This document shows positions 14,701 through 26,854 of a stretch of DNA of 64,000 nt, piece after piece. Origin of the DNA: Pecten maximus (lineage: Eukaryota). The stretch is taken from positions 40,610,001 to 40,674,000 of the forward strand of contig NC_047023.1 in assembly GCF_902652985.1 (NCBI RefSeq). Reading direction: 5' to 3'. Positions within the stretch are counted from its first letter, which is position 1. Every line of letters starts with the position of its first letter. A program made the translations under genes and the position numbers. Below the pieces are notes generated by a model. That model searched no databases. It was not told the DNA's origin and saw only the letters and a program-made list of their open reading frames with translations.

Positions 14701-17700
14701 GGAAGCTTAAAGATGTTATTTAACCATCAGCTTAAATACCATAATCAAGATCCTGGTAGTGAGCTTAAATACAATAATCAAGATTCCGGTGGTGAGCTTA
14801 AATACATTAATTAAGATTCCGGTAGTAAGGTTATGAAATGAATTTGTAGAACTGAGGGGATCCCTCAAAAGGAACAACATTATGATACCAAATAAAAGGA
14901 TCTGGAAGTGGGAGGAATCTAATTTTAATTAGAATTTCAGTATCGTTGTCATCCATGTGTGCTTGAAAACAGAAATCCATGGGACATTATGTATGGGTCA
15001 TTCATGTTTGTGGGCAATTTTGATAGTGAATTTGTTTTCTGAATAGTCAGTAGAATTATATTTTACAACATAATATGTCCATGACATGCATATAACATAG
15101 AAATTCGTCAATTTACTATGATTACATAGACCAAACAATCGTAAACCGAATACTGAATAAGAGAAATCTTAAAAGGCATTCCTATTGTAACGCGTATAAT
15201 TTCTATGGTACCGTAAACATTTTTTCTGTTGGTCTTGTTTTATCGGTAAAGGCCGACAAGCCATTGTCACTGAGATACGTGTGGGGACCATTGTCAACTT
15301 AATCAGCTGTAATTTGATATGTTTACATAGAAAAAATACAATACTTTTTCAAAGCAGATAGAGAGTAACTAATTACAAAACAACTTTGCCAATGTGGTAT
15401 GTGGAACATGTCATTGTTTAAACAATCAACGTCAATAAACCACTATAACGAACGCTGATTATTTGAAACATAATTATCTCAAACATATTCCAGACTTTAT
15501 ATTGGTGGTACAATGCAATAGTTTCAGATAAGTATTATTTTACTAGAAGATACGTTTCCTTTACAACATTATGGAGTACTATGATTTATCACTGGTTCTA
15601 AATTATTTGTTTTATTTTCAAAAAGGGAAACCAGAACAGTCCATCCATAACAAGACAAGACACACTGTGTGAGTCTAGAGGGAGAAGAAGGTATATAACA
15701 TATACATGTGAATATCAGGCTAGGGGCGGGCTATATGGGTACATAGCCAAGTATTGGGTATATCAGGCTAGGGACAATGGCTATATGCATGGGTACATAG
15801 CCAAGTATTGGGTATATCAGGCTAGGCACTTGCTATACGGGTACAAAGCCAAGTATTGGGTATATCAGGCTAGGCACTTGCTTATGGGTACATAGCCAAG
15901 TATTAAGGCAAATCAGACTATGGGCGAAGGGTACATAGTCCAAGTATTGGGTATATCAGTCTTGGAACACTGGCTCTGTCGTATAGGAACAATCATGTGT
16001 ACTACCAATAAAACCCAGATACAGGTCAATCAAGGGTATGTTAGGTCAATCAAGGGTATGGCAGGTCAATCAAGGGTATATCAGGTCAATCAATGGTATG
16101 ACAGGTCAATCAAGGGTATGACAGGTCAATCAAGGGTATAGCAGGTCAATCAAGGGTATAGCAGGTCAGTCAAGGGTATATCAGGTCATTCAAGGGTATA
16201 GCAGGTCAGTCAAGGGTACATCAGGTCAATCAAGGGTATGGCAGGTCAATCAAGGTATGACAGGTCAATCAAGGGTATAGCAGGTCAATCAAGGGTATAG
16301 CAGGTCAGTCAAGGGTATATCAGGTCAATCAAGGGTATGGTAGGTCAATCAAGGGTATGATAGGTCAATCAAGGGTATGACAGGTCAATCAAGGGTATGA
16401 CAGGTCTATCAATGGTATGGTAGGTCAATCAAGGGTATAACTGGTCAATCAAGGGTATGACAGGTCAATCAAGGGTATGACAGGTCAATCAATGGTATGA
16501 CAGGTCTATCAATGGTATGGTAGGTCAATCAAGGGTATAACTGGTCAATCAAGGGTATAACTGGTCAATCAAGGGTATGACAGGTCAATCAAGGGTATGG
16601 TAGGTCAATCAATGGTATAACTGGTCAATCAAGGGTATGACAGGTCAATCAAGGGTATAGCAGGTCAGTCAAGGGTATATCAGGTCAATCAAGGGTATGA
16701 CAGGTCAATCAAGGGTATGGCAGGTCAATCAAGGGTATGGTAGGTCAATCAAGGGTATGACAGGTCAATCAAGGGTATGGTAGGTCAATCAAGGGTATGA
16801 CAGGTCAATCAAGGGTATAACTGGTCAATCAATGGTATGACAGGTCAATCAAGGGTATGGTAGGTCAATCAAGGGTATGACAGGTCAGGTGACAACAACC
16901 AAAAGGCCTAGAGACTTGATATTTAGTATATAGCATGCTGGGGTGAAGGGATATCAAGATTGTCCAAATGAATGACCTTGATCTTCATTCAAGGTCACAG
17001 GGGTCAAATATGCTAAAATCTTTAACCAACTTATTTTCATTAACCAAGAGGCCTAGAGATCTGATATTAGGCCTAAAGCATGCTGGGGTAAAGGGCTTTT
17101 ACGATTGTTCAGATGAATAACCATGACCTTGACCTTCATTCACGGCCACCAGGTTCAAATATGTTAAAATCTTTTAAACGTCTTCTAGCGGACCAACACA
17201 CATAGAAACGATATATTTTGCCTGTAGCATGCTGGAGTGAACACATTGACCTCATATTCAAGGTCACAGGAATCAAATCTACCAAAATATATAAAAATTC
17301 AGGTGACCGTTAAGGCCCATGGGTCTCTTGTTGTTGTTGTTTTGGGTTTTTTTACCCTTCGTTCATTTGTACAGGTAGTTACAATAGTTATATCTTATTG
17401 GTGTCCGCTTTTGCTATACACATTTTCACAATAAAGAACAAATATTTATGATAATGATGTTTGTTTTATTTTGACATCTGTAAACGGGTGTCCGTTATAC
17501 AGAGGGAGGTTACAATGTCCATAGCCCGAGTTTTCTCTGGTCAAACACATCCGCTATATAGAGGTGTCCACTATATACAGGTCAGTTATACAGGCCATCG
17601 TTACAGGCATGTGTTGTTAGTTATGTATCACATTTATTTAAATACATCCGCTATATAGAGGTGTCCACTATATACAGGTCAGTTCTACAGGCCATCGTAA

Positions 17701-18047
17701 CAGAATAGGCCTGTGTTGTTAGTTGTGTATGACATTATTTTACATATATCCGCTATATAGAGGTGTCCACTATATACAGGTCAGTTCTACAGGCCATCGT
17801 AACAGAATAGGCCTGTGTTGTTAGTTGTGTATGACATTATTTTACATATATCCGCTATATAGAGGTGTCCACTATATACAGGTCAGTTCTACAGGCCATC
17901 GTTACAGCATATTCAGAAGAAACTCACCTTAAGAAGCAGCAACGACATCCGCCGAAGATCTTGATTCTTTCTCTTGGCCATTAGTCGAAGCCCATCCTTC
18001 TTAGCATCGGCTGTCGTATACTCTCTAAAAATGATCTTTTTAGCCAT
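2745..18047 (-). CDS. Uncharacterized 3-exon gene, ~272 aa: complement(join(2745..3275,4900..5067,17928..18047))
   Basis: Exon 1: ATG at 18047, 120 nt, MAKKIIFREYTTADAKKDGLRLMAKRKNQDLRRMSLLLLK|gtgagt. Exon 2: ttttgtctgcag|RPQKTAVVGIARSLTMESMKLPSIST...KKANIQ|gtaag, 168 nt. Exon 3: tttgcag|DSEKRDRESQL...YFYDSD*, 531 nt. All junctions are phase 0 with canonical GT-AG. Extra exons in the 12.9-kb intron cannot be excluded. No domain recognised. Confidence 0.75.
5660..6010. repeat. Degenerate tandem repeat (~80-bp unit, ttccctcaatgtcttggtaacctgtt core)
   Basis: The core 'caatgtcttggtaacctgttaatcc' recurs about 5 times with divergence. Confidence 0.55.
7560..7983 (+). mobile_element. Degenerate LINE 3' end
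   Basis: Ends in aataaaatatgttgaaattgaaattgaa, a poly(A) signal plus short tandem tail typical of CR1/L2-group LINEs. The body is too decayed to translate. Confidence 0.35.
8029..8446. mobile_element. MITE with ~30-bp terminal inverted repeats (TIRs), same family as 62153-62205
   Basis: Left ccctactcctactttatcaacaaggtgtaaca; right tgttacaccttgttgatataggaagattggg. Confidence 0.6.
9930..10690. repeat. Two adjacent old, degenerate minisatellites
   Basis: Recurrent 'aatctcgac..cgatataaaccacacaacgtcaaca' (9930-10260) and 'caaacaaaccagactctttagaaaggcgtcc' (10380-10690). The second explains ORF 10265-10726. Confidence 0.55.
11671..11750. repeat. 40-bp perfect tandem duplication
   Basis: atacgtcatatatattttgtcatatatatatataatatca x2. 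Confidence 0.85.
14729..14828. repeat. ~33-bp tandem repeat x3
   Basis: agcttaaatac(c/a)ataatcaagat(t)ccggtagtg. Confidence 0.7.
15712..15960. repeat. ~48-50-bp minisatellite x5
   Basis: tatcaggctaggcacttgctatatgggtacatagccaagtattgggta. Confidence 0.85.
16021..16887. repeat. 20-bp minisatellite, ~43 units
   Basis: Unit caggtcaatcaagggtatga, with variants. Confidence 0.95.
16895..17331 (+). mobile_element. Non-autonomous Helentron/HINE-type element (3' part) with internal ~145-bp repeats
   Basis: About 3 internal units (ggcctagaga...gcatgctgggg...tgaccttga...caaggtcacagg). The end reads caggtgaccgtt-aaggcccatgggtctctt-gtt, i.e. sub-TIR + short hairpin + TT, the DINE-1/pearl-like layout known from bivalves. 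Confidence 0.7.
17549..17908. repeat. ~102-bp tandem repeat x3.6
   Basis: atccgctatatagaggtgtccactatatacaggtcag starts at 17549, 17646, 17748 and 17850. Confidence 0.9.
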
Positions 18048-18846
18048 ATTGACTGTTGTATAGTTTACAAAGATCTAGATTTTGTTGGAAGTAGTCCATT
18101 ATTCAATTAACATATCCCCTTCTTATTAAGTTCAAACTTCTCACGTGCATTGATCGACATTTTCATCAGTAAGTTTGACGTATTCGCCTCCCGGAAGGTC
18201 AAAATACCCCATAGCGGCCATCATCTTCGTCGATCTGTTTCTTGTTCGATTTCGTTTGATATTGTTTAATCTCGGTTGATCTCGTATAAATAGAGCACCG
18301 ATCCGCTTATAACAGATCGTGATCCTATAGAGTTTATATTGGGAAAGAAGTTAAACTGTTAAGTTGTATAACAATAGTTATTGTGTTATGTAAATCACTT
18401 CTGGAACAGTTTAACGAGGCACTTTTATTTCTGACGGTTTACATGTGATAATTTGTTTTCGTGATTTGAGGGGAGGGGGACTTCCAATACTGATTGGAAG
18501 TTATTAAGGAATTATTATTGATGGCAATTTTAAATAAATATAATTTATCGTGGTATATAAACATTTTAAAGTGGTCTTTATGAAAGATTTATTTATAGGT
18601 GTCAAGGAATACATTATCTTGGAGAAGTTTAGGTTGTTATCTATGTAAAACTAATTCTTTATTCAAACGCTTATTTTTTCGTGGAAATGGGTCTTAAGCA
18701 TAAAACCATATGTAAAACGTTGGTGTAAGTGGATACAATTTGTGTTTATAGATTCACCGCACAAATGGCAAACAGATAAAAACGTATATATTAAACATAT
18801 ATTTCGATTAACTATATACATGTGTAATATCAATAATACTGCATTT

Positions 18847-18936
18847 CAATCTAATTAAAATCTAGATGGTCATTCTCACTTCGTTACATGAACGTAACGT
18901 AGTTAAAATGACCATCTAGATTTTAATAAGATATTG
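18847..18936. mobile_element. 90-bp hairpin MITE, 9-bp TSD (Mutator-like)
   Basis: TIR caatctaattaaaatctagatggtcat; TSD actgcattt at 18838-18846 and 18937-18945. Confidence 0.8.
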
Positions 18937-20794
18937 ACTGCATTTCTGTGTATTTTCACTTAGTGTAGTCCTGTAGGCGTAATTAGGTAAATTACTTTAT
19001 TTCTTGATAGCCAGTGTCTTTTAAAGGTGAAAGACATTAATAATGCATGATTTTATTAATCCGTACCCTTATTGACAACTTTACCCCATCACAAACGTAA
19101 ACCAGTCAATGTGGTACTGTAAACAACCATATATCATACAGGGGAGACAACTCTAGTGATCTTAGGTAAACCGTCAGATCAGAGCAGCGTCAACTAGGAC
19201 AACAGGAAACAGTGTCGTTGATACCTCGATCTAAACATCGCAAGTGATGTTTACCATCAATCTGACCAATAATTAATCCTACTTCAATATCGTGACATTT
19301 GAACGATAATAGAAAGTGCACGGATAAGTTTTAAGTGTTTACGCTTGTGTTTTTACTCCAGCATGTGTGAAATAGATAACACTGTGGTATATTTAGTAAT
19401 ATTTTGAAGTGTTTTTGGGAGTAGTATCCGCGTTAGTACAAGTTTGTGTTCTGTTGATTCGCATAAGATTATCAATCATGAGAGTAGCTCACTATATGTG
19501 AACTACGGTAACACTAAGTCGCCTGTCACGGTCGTTCCCACTTTGTTAGCTACGGTACGTTGATACCGCACTTCGTTTCCGTTTAGGAAGCTCGCGGACA
19601 GGATACTCCATGGTTAGGAATACTTTCTTTCGTGAAGTCTGCAGATAGTGTCTGTACGTCCTTTTTATTATTAAATATGTGACAAGTGTTGTTATTTATA
19701 ATATAAACGCTATTTATAACTGTGGCTGTGATATTGGGGATCAAGGATCATTAATTTGTCTGCTAACTAGGAAATGTTTCAAAACATTTTAATCAGTGGT
19801 ATCTTAAATAAAAACTAAAAACTCATTTATTCAAATTAGTTAAGTTATGCATTAGATTGAACACCCCACCCTGTCCTTGTAAAACACAAACATATTATAG
19901 CAAAAAAAACTGTATGCAAATTAGTAAGGATGACGGTACAGTTTGTCACTTGGAGCGCTTATAAGATCTCTATAACAAAATGCATTAAACGATATATCAA
20001 TAAGCCGAATTATTAAGATACTAGACTAACCGGAAGTAGTCTGTGGTATTAAAGAATTGCGTTAAGGAGACCAGAAAGAGATATATTTAAGCGTAGCGTG
20101 CTTAACTCATGTTACTTAGAAACCTATCCGTTGTTCTCAGACAACGACAAAAGAATAACGACGCGTTCTAACCCAATTTCGATGATGTAACGTCGAAAAT
20201 GTATATCTAAAATGGTGGGGGTGGGGGGTGGGGGGGGGGGGGGGGAGGAGGCAAGGATAAATTAAGAGTAACTTAAGTGAAGGAGTCCAGGTGTTCCGGG
20301 CGGATAAGTATTTCACTTTATCAAGAGCATCTGTCATGTATACCTGGTAAGATCAAGCCGAGGTAGTAAAACTAATAGATGTATGTCTCTGTCGAAGTGC
20401 TGAAATGTATTGCTTCCAAGATTATTGAAATTGTACTGAGTAAATAATGTTACATATGTACCACGTTACTTGTAGAGTAACTTGAACCAATCTTGAGACT
20501 ATCATAATTATATTCAGTCATCATCAGCGAAGAAATTAATTCAAATATCGAACAAATATAGCAATTATATATCGGGCTCTATGTAAAATTGATACCTGCA
20601 GTTTTGTTAAAATACGTTTCAAGTCCATATCAAATCGAAGTCGATACTTTATGTATTCTTCAGCGATATTTAATCAAACGAAAATCAAAAATAGCATCAC
20701 ATACTCGATGTTGATTTTTTTTTTTTTTTTTTAATTGGATCCTTTTCTCGAAAATTTACTGAAGCAGACTCTTTCTTTTCTAAATCTACACTTC

Positions 20795-22382
20795 CCATAG
20801 ATTCACCCACACGAAGTGTTTGTGGGGTAGATCCGCTCCCCATAGATTTACCCAGACAAAGTCTTTGTGAAGTAAATCCGCTCACCATAGATTTACCCAG
20901 ACAAAGTCTTTGTGGGGTAGATTCGCTCACCATAGATTTACCCGGACAAAGTCTTTGTGGGGTAGATCCACTCACCATAGATTTACCCAGACAAAGTCTT
21001 TGTGGGGTAGATTCGCTCCACATAGATTTACCCAGACGAAGTCTTTGTGGGGTAGACCCGCTCCACATAGATTTACCCAGACGAAGTCTTTGTGGGGTAG
21101 AGCCGCTCCACATAGATTTATCAAGACAAAGTCTTTGTGGGGTAGATCCGCTCCACATAGATTTACCCAGACAAAGTCTTTGTGGGGTAGATCCACTCAC
21201 CATAGATTTATCAAGACAAAGTCTTTGTGGGGTAGATCCGCTCCCCATAGATTTACCCAGACAAAGTCTTTGTGGGGTAGATCCGCTCCACATAGATTTA
21301 TCCAGACAAAGTATGTGTGGGGTAGATCCGCTCCACATAGATTTACCCAGACAAAGTCTGTGTGTGGTAGATCCTCTCACCATAGATTTACCCGGACAAA
21401 GTCTTTGTGTGGTAGATCCACTCACCATAGATTTACCCGGACAAAGTCTTTGTGTGGTAGATCCACTCACCATAGATTTACCCAGACAAAGTCTTTGTGG
21501 GGTAGATCCACTCACCATAGATTTACCCAGACAAAGTATTTGTGGGGTAGATCCACTCCACATAGATTTACCCACACGAAGTGTTTGTGGGGTAGATCCT
21601 CTCACCATAGATTTACCCACACGAAGTGTTTGTGGGGTAGATCCACTCCACATAGATTTACCCACACGAAGTGTTTGTGGGGTAGATCCGCTCCACATAG
21701 ATTTACCCAGACAAAGTCTTTGTGAGGTAGATCCGCTCCACATAGATTTACCCAGACAAAGTCTTTGTGGGGTAGATCCACTCACCATAGATTTACCCAG
21801 ACAAAGTCTTTGTGGGGTAGATCCTCTCACCATAGATTTACCCAGACAAAGTCTTTGTGAGGTAGATCCGCTCCACATAGATTTACCCAGACGAAGTGTT
21901 TGTGGGGTAGATCCTCTCACCATAGATTTACCCAGACAAAGTCTTTGTGGGGTAGATTCGCTCCACATAGAATTACCCAGACAAAGTATTTGTGGGGTAG
22001 ATCCGCTCCACATAGAATTACCCAGACGAAGTCTTTGTGGGGTAGACCCGCTCCACATAGATTTACCCAGACAAAGTCTTTGTGGGGTAGATTCGCTCCA
22101 CATAGATTTACCCAGACAAAGTATTTGTGGGGTAGATCCACTCACCATAGATTTACCCAGACAAAGTCTTTGTGGGGTAGATCCACTCACCATAGATTTA
22201 CCAAGACAAAGTCTTTGTGGGGTAGATCCACTCACCATAGATTTACCCAGACAAAGTCTTTGTGGGGTAGATCCTCTCACCATAGATTTACCCAGACAAA
22301 GTCTGTGTGGGGTAGATCCACTCACCATAGATTTACCCAGACAAAGTCTTTGTGGGGTAGATCCGCTCCACATTGATTTACC
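20795..22382. repeat. 45-bp palindromic minisatellite, ~35 units
   Basis: Unit catagatttacccagacaaagtctttgtggggtagatc(cgctcca/cactcac). It produces the 558-, 377- and 271-aa repetitive ORFs. Confidence 0.95.
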
Positions 22383-22916
22383 GTATAGTTGTATATATGT
22401 AAGTAGTAGTCTTGCTCAAGCCAGAGAATTTGTTGTGAAATTGTAATCTTTAGGAATTAATTACAATTATCCTTAGAATCATCAATGGAGTGTTATCCTC
22501 TTTGTTTTGGAAACCAGTTTTATTTTATGTTAGCCAACCGATTTGCACGATTTAACGTTTCCAATATAACAGACTCCTTGAAGATTTCTTAGAAGAGACA
22601 ATCGAATGATTGATACAAACGGCGGAAACGTTAACAAAGAGAAATGGGAACTCGTCATTGATGATATAGCAGAGTTTGTTATAAACACGGAAGCGCGAAT
22701 TAAGAAAGGCTACTTTGATACCGTCTCCAGGCACGGACAACTTAATTGTTTGTTAAACCATCAATATTCTTGTACCTCAAATATATTAGTACCTTTGATA
22801 GTTTGTTTTTTTTATTCTGTAACTTTTACCTCAGAATTCGACATTTAGTAGGAAAATTTAAAAAAAATATTCGTCTACTGTCCAGCGACGTAGGCGTGTT
22901 TAAAGACGAAAGTTTT

Positions 22917-23296
22917 ATACTCACATTTCGTTTTGAATTCAAATTTACTCATGTATCCAACCTGTATCAGTGTTATCACATTCCAAATTCAAATTTCGCG
23001 CTCTGAATGGGACCCATTCTTGTAACGTCACAAATATATGCGGCCATTTCCTTACCACAAACTCATCAATTTAATTTCAATATTTCAATCAATATATTCT
23101 TCCGTGAGGATATTCACCTTTTATAACACAACAAAACTACATAAATAGTTACAAGTTACATTGATTAATCGTTTTATTTTTGACTCGTGTATTGTAGATC
23201 TATCACTAATATCTAATTGTGACGTCAGACAACGTCATTTATTGACTATGTCACAAACATTGCTCTTATATATATCACTACGGCAACGGGAATCAC
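22917..23296 (+). repeat. Dispersed repeat copy 1 (part of a larger unclassified element)
   Basis: Near-identical to 26112-26509, same orientation. Confidence 0.85.
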
Positions 23297-23479
23297 GAGA
23301 GAATATTGTTATCTAATAACTTTCTTTTCGGTTTGGTAAGGTTATATATAGACAATGCTGAGCAAATGGAAATATGTGAAAAATATCATTCTAGCCCAGC
23401 TCGTACGTGTTAGTGTTGGTGATATTAGATTACTACTCGGCCTGCTTCTGACAGTTGTATGTGAGATGAGAATTGGACT

Positions 23480-23900
23480 TGAGGAAGATTCAAACTAAAT
23501 GTTTCCATAATCTTCTAAAGGATACAGAATGGATAAGGAAGATTTACGTTTAGAAAATACCTATTAGATCTCCCTCCACAACCAACTATCATGTTTACTG
23601 TAAATTTCGAACAAGGAATGTTATTTAAACTCGATCCTACAGAAAATAGAATTTGTAATCTTTGTAATCAAATTGGAAGCGAATTTCATTTTTGTTAAAC
23701 TGTGATGAGCGACAGATATTGTAAACAGGACGTTTTTATTATCCAGATTCTAGTTTGAAAGACCCGATACTTTTAAGTTCAATACTCAGTTTGATTTTGT
23801 TGTTTATGACTAATTAGTCTCGTTTGTTGAATACATCAAGCTTATAAGTAACACTACATAACGATGTCCTGTTTACATTTACAAATTCCATACACTTAAT
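23480..23900 (+). mobile_element. Decayed LINE ORF2 C-terminus
   Basis: ENRICNLCNQIGSEFHF at ~23642-23692 resembles the C-terminal CCHC region of LINE ORF2 (compare ERKCIYC..VEDETHYFIDC at ~59.7 kb). Confidence 0.5.
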
Positions 23901-24134
23901 TAGGGGCTACTGGACTAGCAGGAACTTTCAGGGATTTAGAATTGAGGAAGTTATATTCTAAAATGGAAATCTACTGTTTTAATGGAATAAAAATGTGATT
24001 TTTTAATCAATGATGTCACTGATTTAGCGTAAATATTAAATGGACATGTTCTGCGAGGAATATATTGTACATGCCAAAAATTATCAACCTAAGATTACTT
24101 CACTGATCATATAAGATAGTCAGATATGGTTTAT

Positions 24135-24162
24135 CAGGGACGTATAATAAGATATGTCCCTG
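24135..24162. mobile_element. 28-bp micro-MITE with 7-bp TSD (P-element-like termini)
   Basis: ggtttat|cagggacgtataataagatatgtccctg|ggtttat; sister copy at 57882-57915. Confidence 0.65.
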
Positions 24163-24319
24163 GGTTTATGAAGTCGGGCCATGCAGTTGGAAGAAATTTC
24201 CAATAAATCAACGAAAATTTCATATTATGGCTTTGTTAATTTTCATTTGTTAATTTAACAAGTGCGCGTCATCAGGATAAGGGCTACTATAAAGAGTACA
24301 AAGTGCACACTCATCTACG

Positions 24320-24455
24320 CACATCCGGCCTAATCCGAACAATCTTCTCATTCCGTTTCCGGTTCTTGTATTAGTATCCATACAGTCATTTCCGTTCTGA
24401 ACTTGCGATGACAGGTCCAACGTCGGGAGGCCCTTTCGCAAACAGCAGGGTAACT
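24320..24455 (+). promoter_or_regulatory. Probable promoter and non-coding first exon of the zinc-finger gene
   Basis: Locally CpG-rich, with ETS-like TTCCG/TTCCGG motifs. Donor cagg|gtaact at 24450 (alternative att|gtgagt near 24594). Matching acceptor ttttcag at 28101. Confidence 0.45.
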
Positions 24456-26111
24456 ATGAATGATTCTGTATATTTTGCACATTTTGTTCCACTTTGTATT
24501 GTTTATTTGATACCTTTAGATGTTTGTGGGTATAGATCGTTCCACTTTATAGACCGAAAACAGCTAGGAAGTGAAAGAAGGTCATTGGAGATTGTGAGTC
24601 GCTGCAGGGCACATTCTGCTATCGGTGCGGAAAGAAGGTCGATTTCATTGCAATAACACACTCATGGATACGCTTATATGTATCGAAGGTATATTGGAGA
24701 TACGAACTATTGTTACGAGGATGTAATAAGCTGAAATTGTTTCTTTTCTAAATCGAGAAATACACAGAAATCTTGCCTAATCAACCATAACACTAGTTCA
24801 ATGCAAGTTTACTACGCATGCGTGTAGAGTGGGGTGGGGAGCAAAACAGAACAGCCAAAACAAGGGGCCTCATGCTCGGAAATTGAAAGTAGATATCAAA
24901 TTTGCATCTTTAACACACTATTAAGGACCAACTTCTGTATTTTAAGGTAGTTTTGATAAATATGTGAGTTAACAACATGAGGTATTTCTGCACACAGCTG
25001 TGAACACGCCGTGGCTAACCTCCGACAGATGTGCCCTGTGCGATCTGTCAACCCGTTGACATCTCGATAGTTATGTCATAACCATTTGGTCGAGGATCGG
25101 CATGCCATACAGGGTCATGACCGAGGCACATCAAATAGTCGTCTATGTCGCATTGCTCTGTGCTTATGCATATTTCTGTATATGTTGGTAAGAACTCTGT
25201 GTGAGATTTCAACACTTTAGTACAGATGGCATTCAACTTATATTCAAACTTCAATTTATATAACAGATTACAACCTGGATTAGATTGACATAATTATTGA
25301 TAGTAATTAAATAAATTTAAATTTTTAACAAGTCCGCAATTTTGTGGGTTTATTTATTTATTTATATATTACACACAGCTAACTTCATTAAAATGCAAAA
25401 TTAACATGGACATGACAATATATTTTAGGGTAGAAACATTTATGCTACATAAAATAAGCATCATTAGTTGATAATTTTAAAGAGATAAATCAAGAAAATG
25501 TGAAATGGGTATATAAATGTACAGCAAATTTACATTTTTTTTAACTTCAACACCCATCTTGGTATCAAACAGAAACCTGTGACAAAAATAGTTGATTTAG
25601 ACACCCGACTTTCAGCCAATTTATGTATTTTACTATAATCTTGTAAACATGTAAATTGTAAATCATGGTTTTAACTGCCTTTTTAACAAAATCATTTGTA
25701 TTTATGTCAATTTACTGTTTTTAAGGGCAAATCAGTAGTAATTTTTCAGACACATGGACATGTGCTTTTCCTGTGGAACTTAAAAATTACATATTTAATT
25801 GTATCTTATGATACAGACTAGATCAGTCTCCATATATGTCACCTCCTTTTTTTTCTAATTTTTCTGTACACAATGTATTTTTAATAACTGAGATGTAACT
25901 ACACAAGCCTGAAAAAACATCAAGCATTTATTTTTTACTTATATTGAATCCCTGCATCATGTATTCACAGTATATTGTCATGGTAAATACCAAGTGACAA
26001 ATTGGAAGTGTATTTTATCTCCTTTTTGGAGGAGATTGCAAGGGGACACTAACTCAGAAATCACCAATATATATTGCATATACTTTTTGCTTCTCTGGTA
26101 AAATGATGAAA

Positions 26112-26509
26112 ATACTCACATTTCCGTTTTGAATTCAAATTTACTCATGTATCCAACCTGTATCAGTGTTATCAAATTCCAAATTCAAATTTCGCGCCTC
26201 TGAATAAATGGGACCCATTCTTGCATTGTGACGTCACAAATACATGCGGCCATTTCCTTACCACAAACTCATCAATTTAATTTCAATATTTCAATCAATA
26301 TATTCTTCCGTGAGGATATTCACCTTTTATACCACAACAAAACTACATAAATAGTTACAAGTTACATTGATTAATCGTTTTATTTTTGACTTGTGTATTG
26401 TAGTAGTAGTAGTGTATTGTAATATCTAATAGTGACGTCAGACAACGTCATTTAGTGACTGTGTCACAAGCATTGTTCTTATATATATCACAATTGCAAT
26501 GGGAATCAC
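26112..26509 (+). repeat. Dispersed repeat copy 2, flanked by a 14-bp direct repeat
   Basis: aaatgatgaaaata at 26101-26114 and 26512-26525. Confidence 0.85.
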
Positions 26510-26679
26510 TGAAATGATGAAAATAATCTGCTCTATATATTGTGAAACTTATCCAACTGTTATATCTTAAAATGCAGACTTCTAGACAATATTGTCGCTT
26601 AAAATAAGATTGAAAATCAATTATTTATATTATATCAGTTTGGTTTGTGACTCCTATTCTTTCATGATAATATATATAA

Positions 26680-26854
26680 CAGGGCATCCAGTAGACCCTT
26701 GAGAGTATGTTTTTGACTCCCCAAATTGAGATCTGACTCTTGGGTTTGAAGGGGTATGTCTATTTGACATATATGTTATGACCCTTCAGATTTCTCAGAA
26801 ATAGTGATTTGACTTCTGAAATTGCTAAAAGTCAAGGGTCAACTGGTTGCCCTG
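26680..26854. mobile_element. 175-bp MITE, CAGGG termini (P- or hAT-like)
   Basis: TIR cagggcatccagtagacccttga / tcaagggtcaactggttgccctg; flanks tatataa and tataaaa (6/7). Confidence 0.7.

Noticed and set aside
20697-22446. 558-, 377- and 271-aa ORFs, and a CRISPR-like palindromic repeat pattern
   Set aside because: All lie within a 45-bp minisatellite and are open on both strands. The linkers are 11-nt recurring variants rather than unique spacers, there are no cas genes, and the context is eukaryotic.
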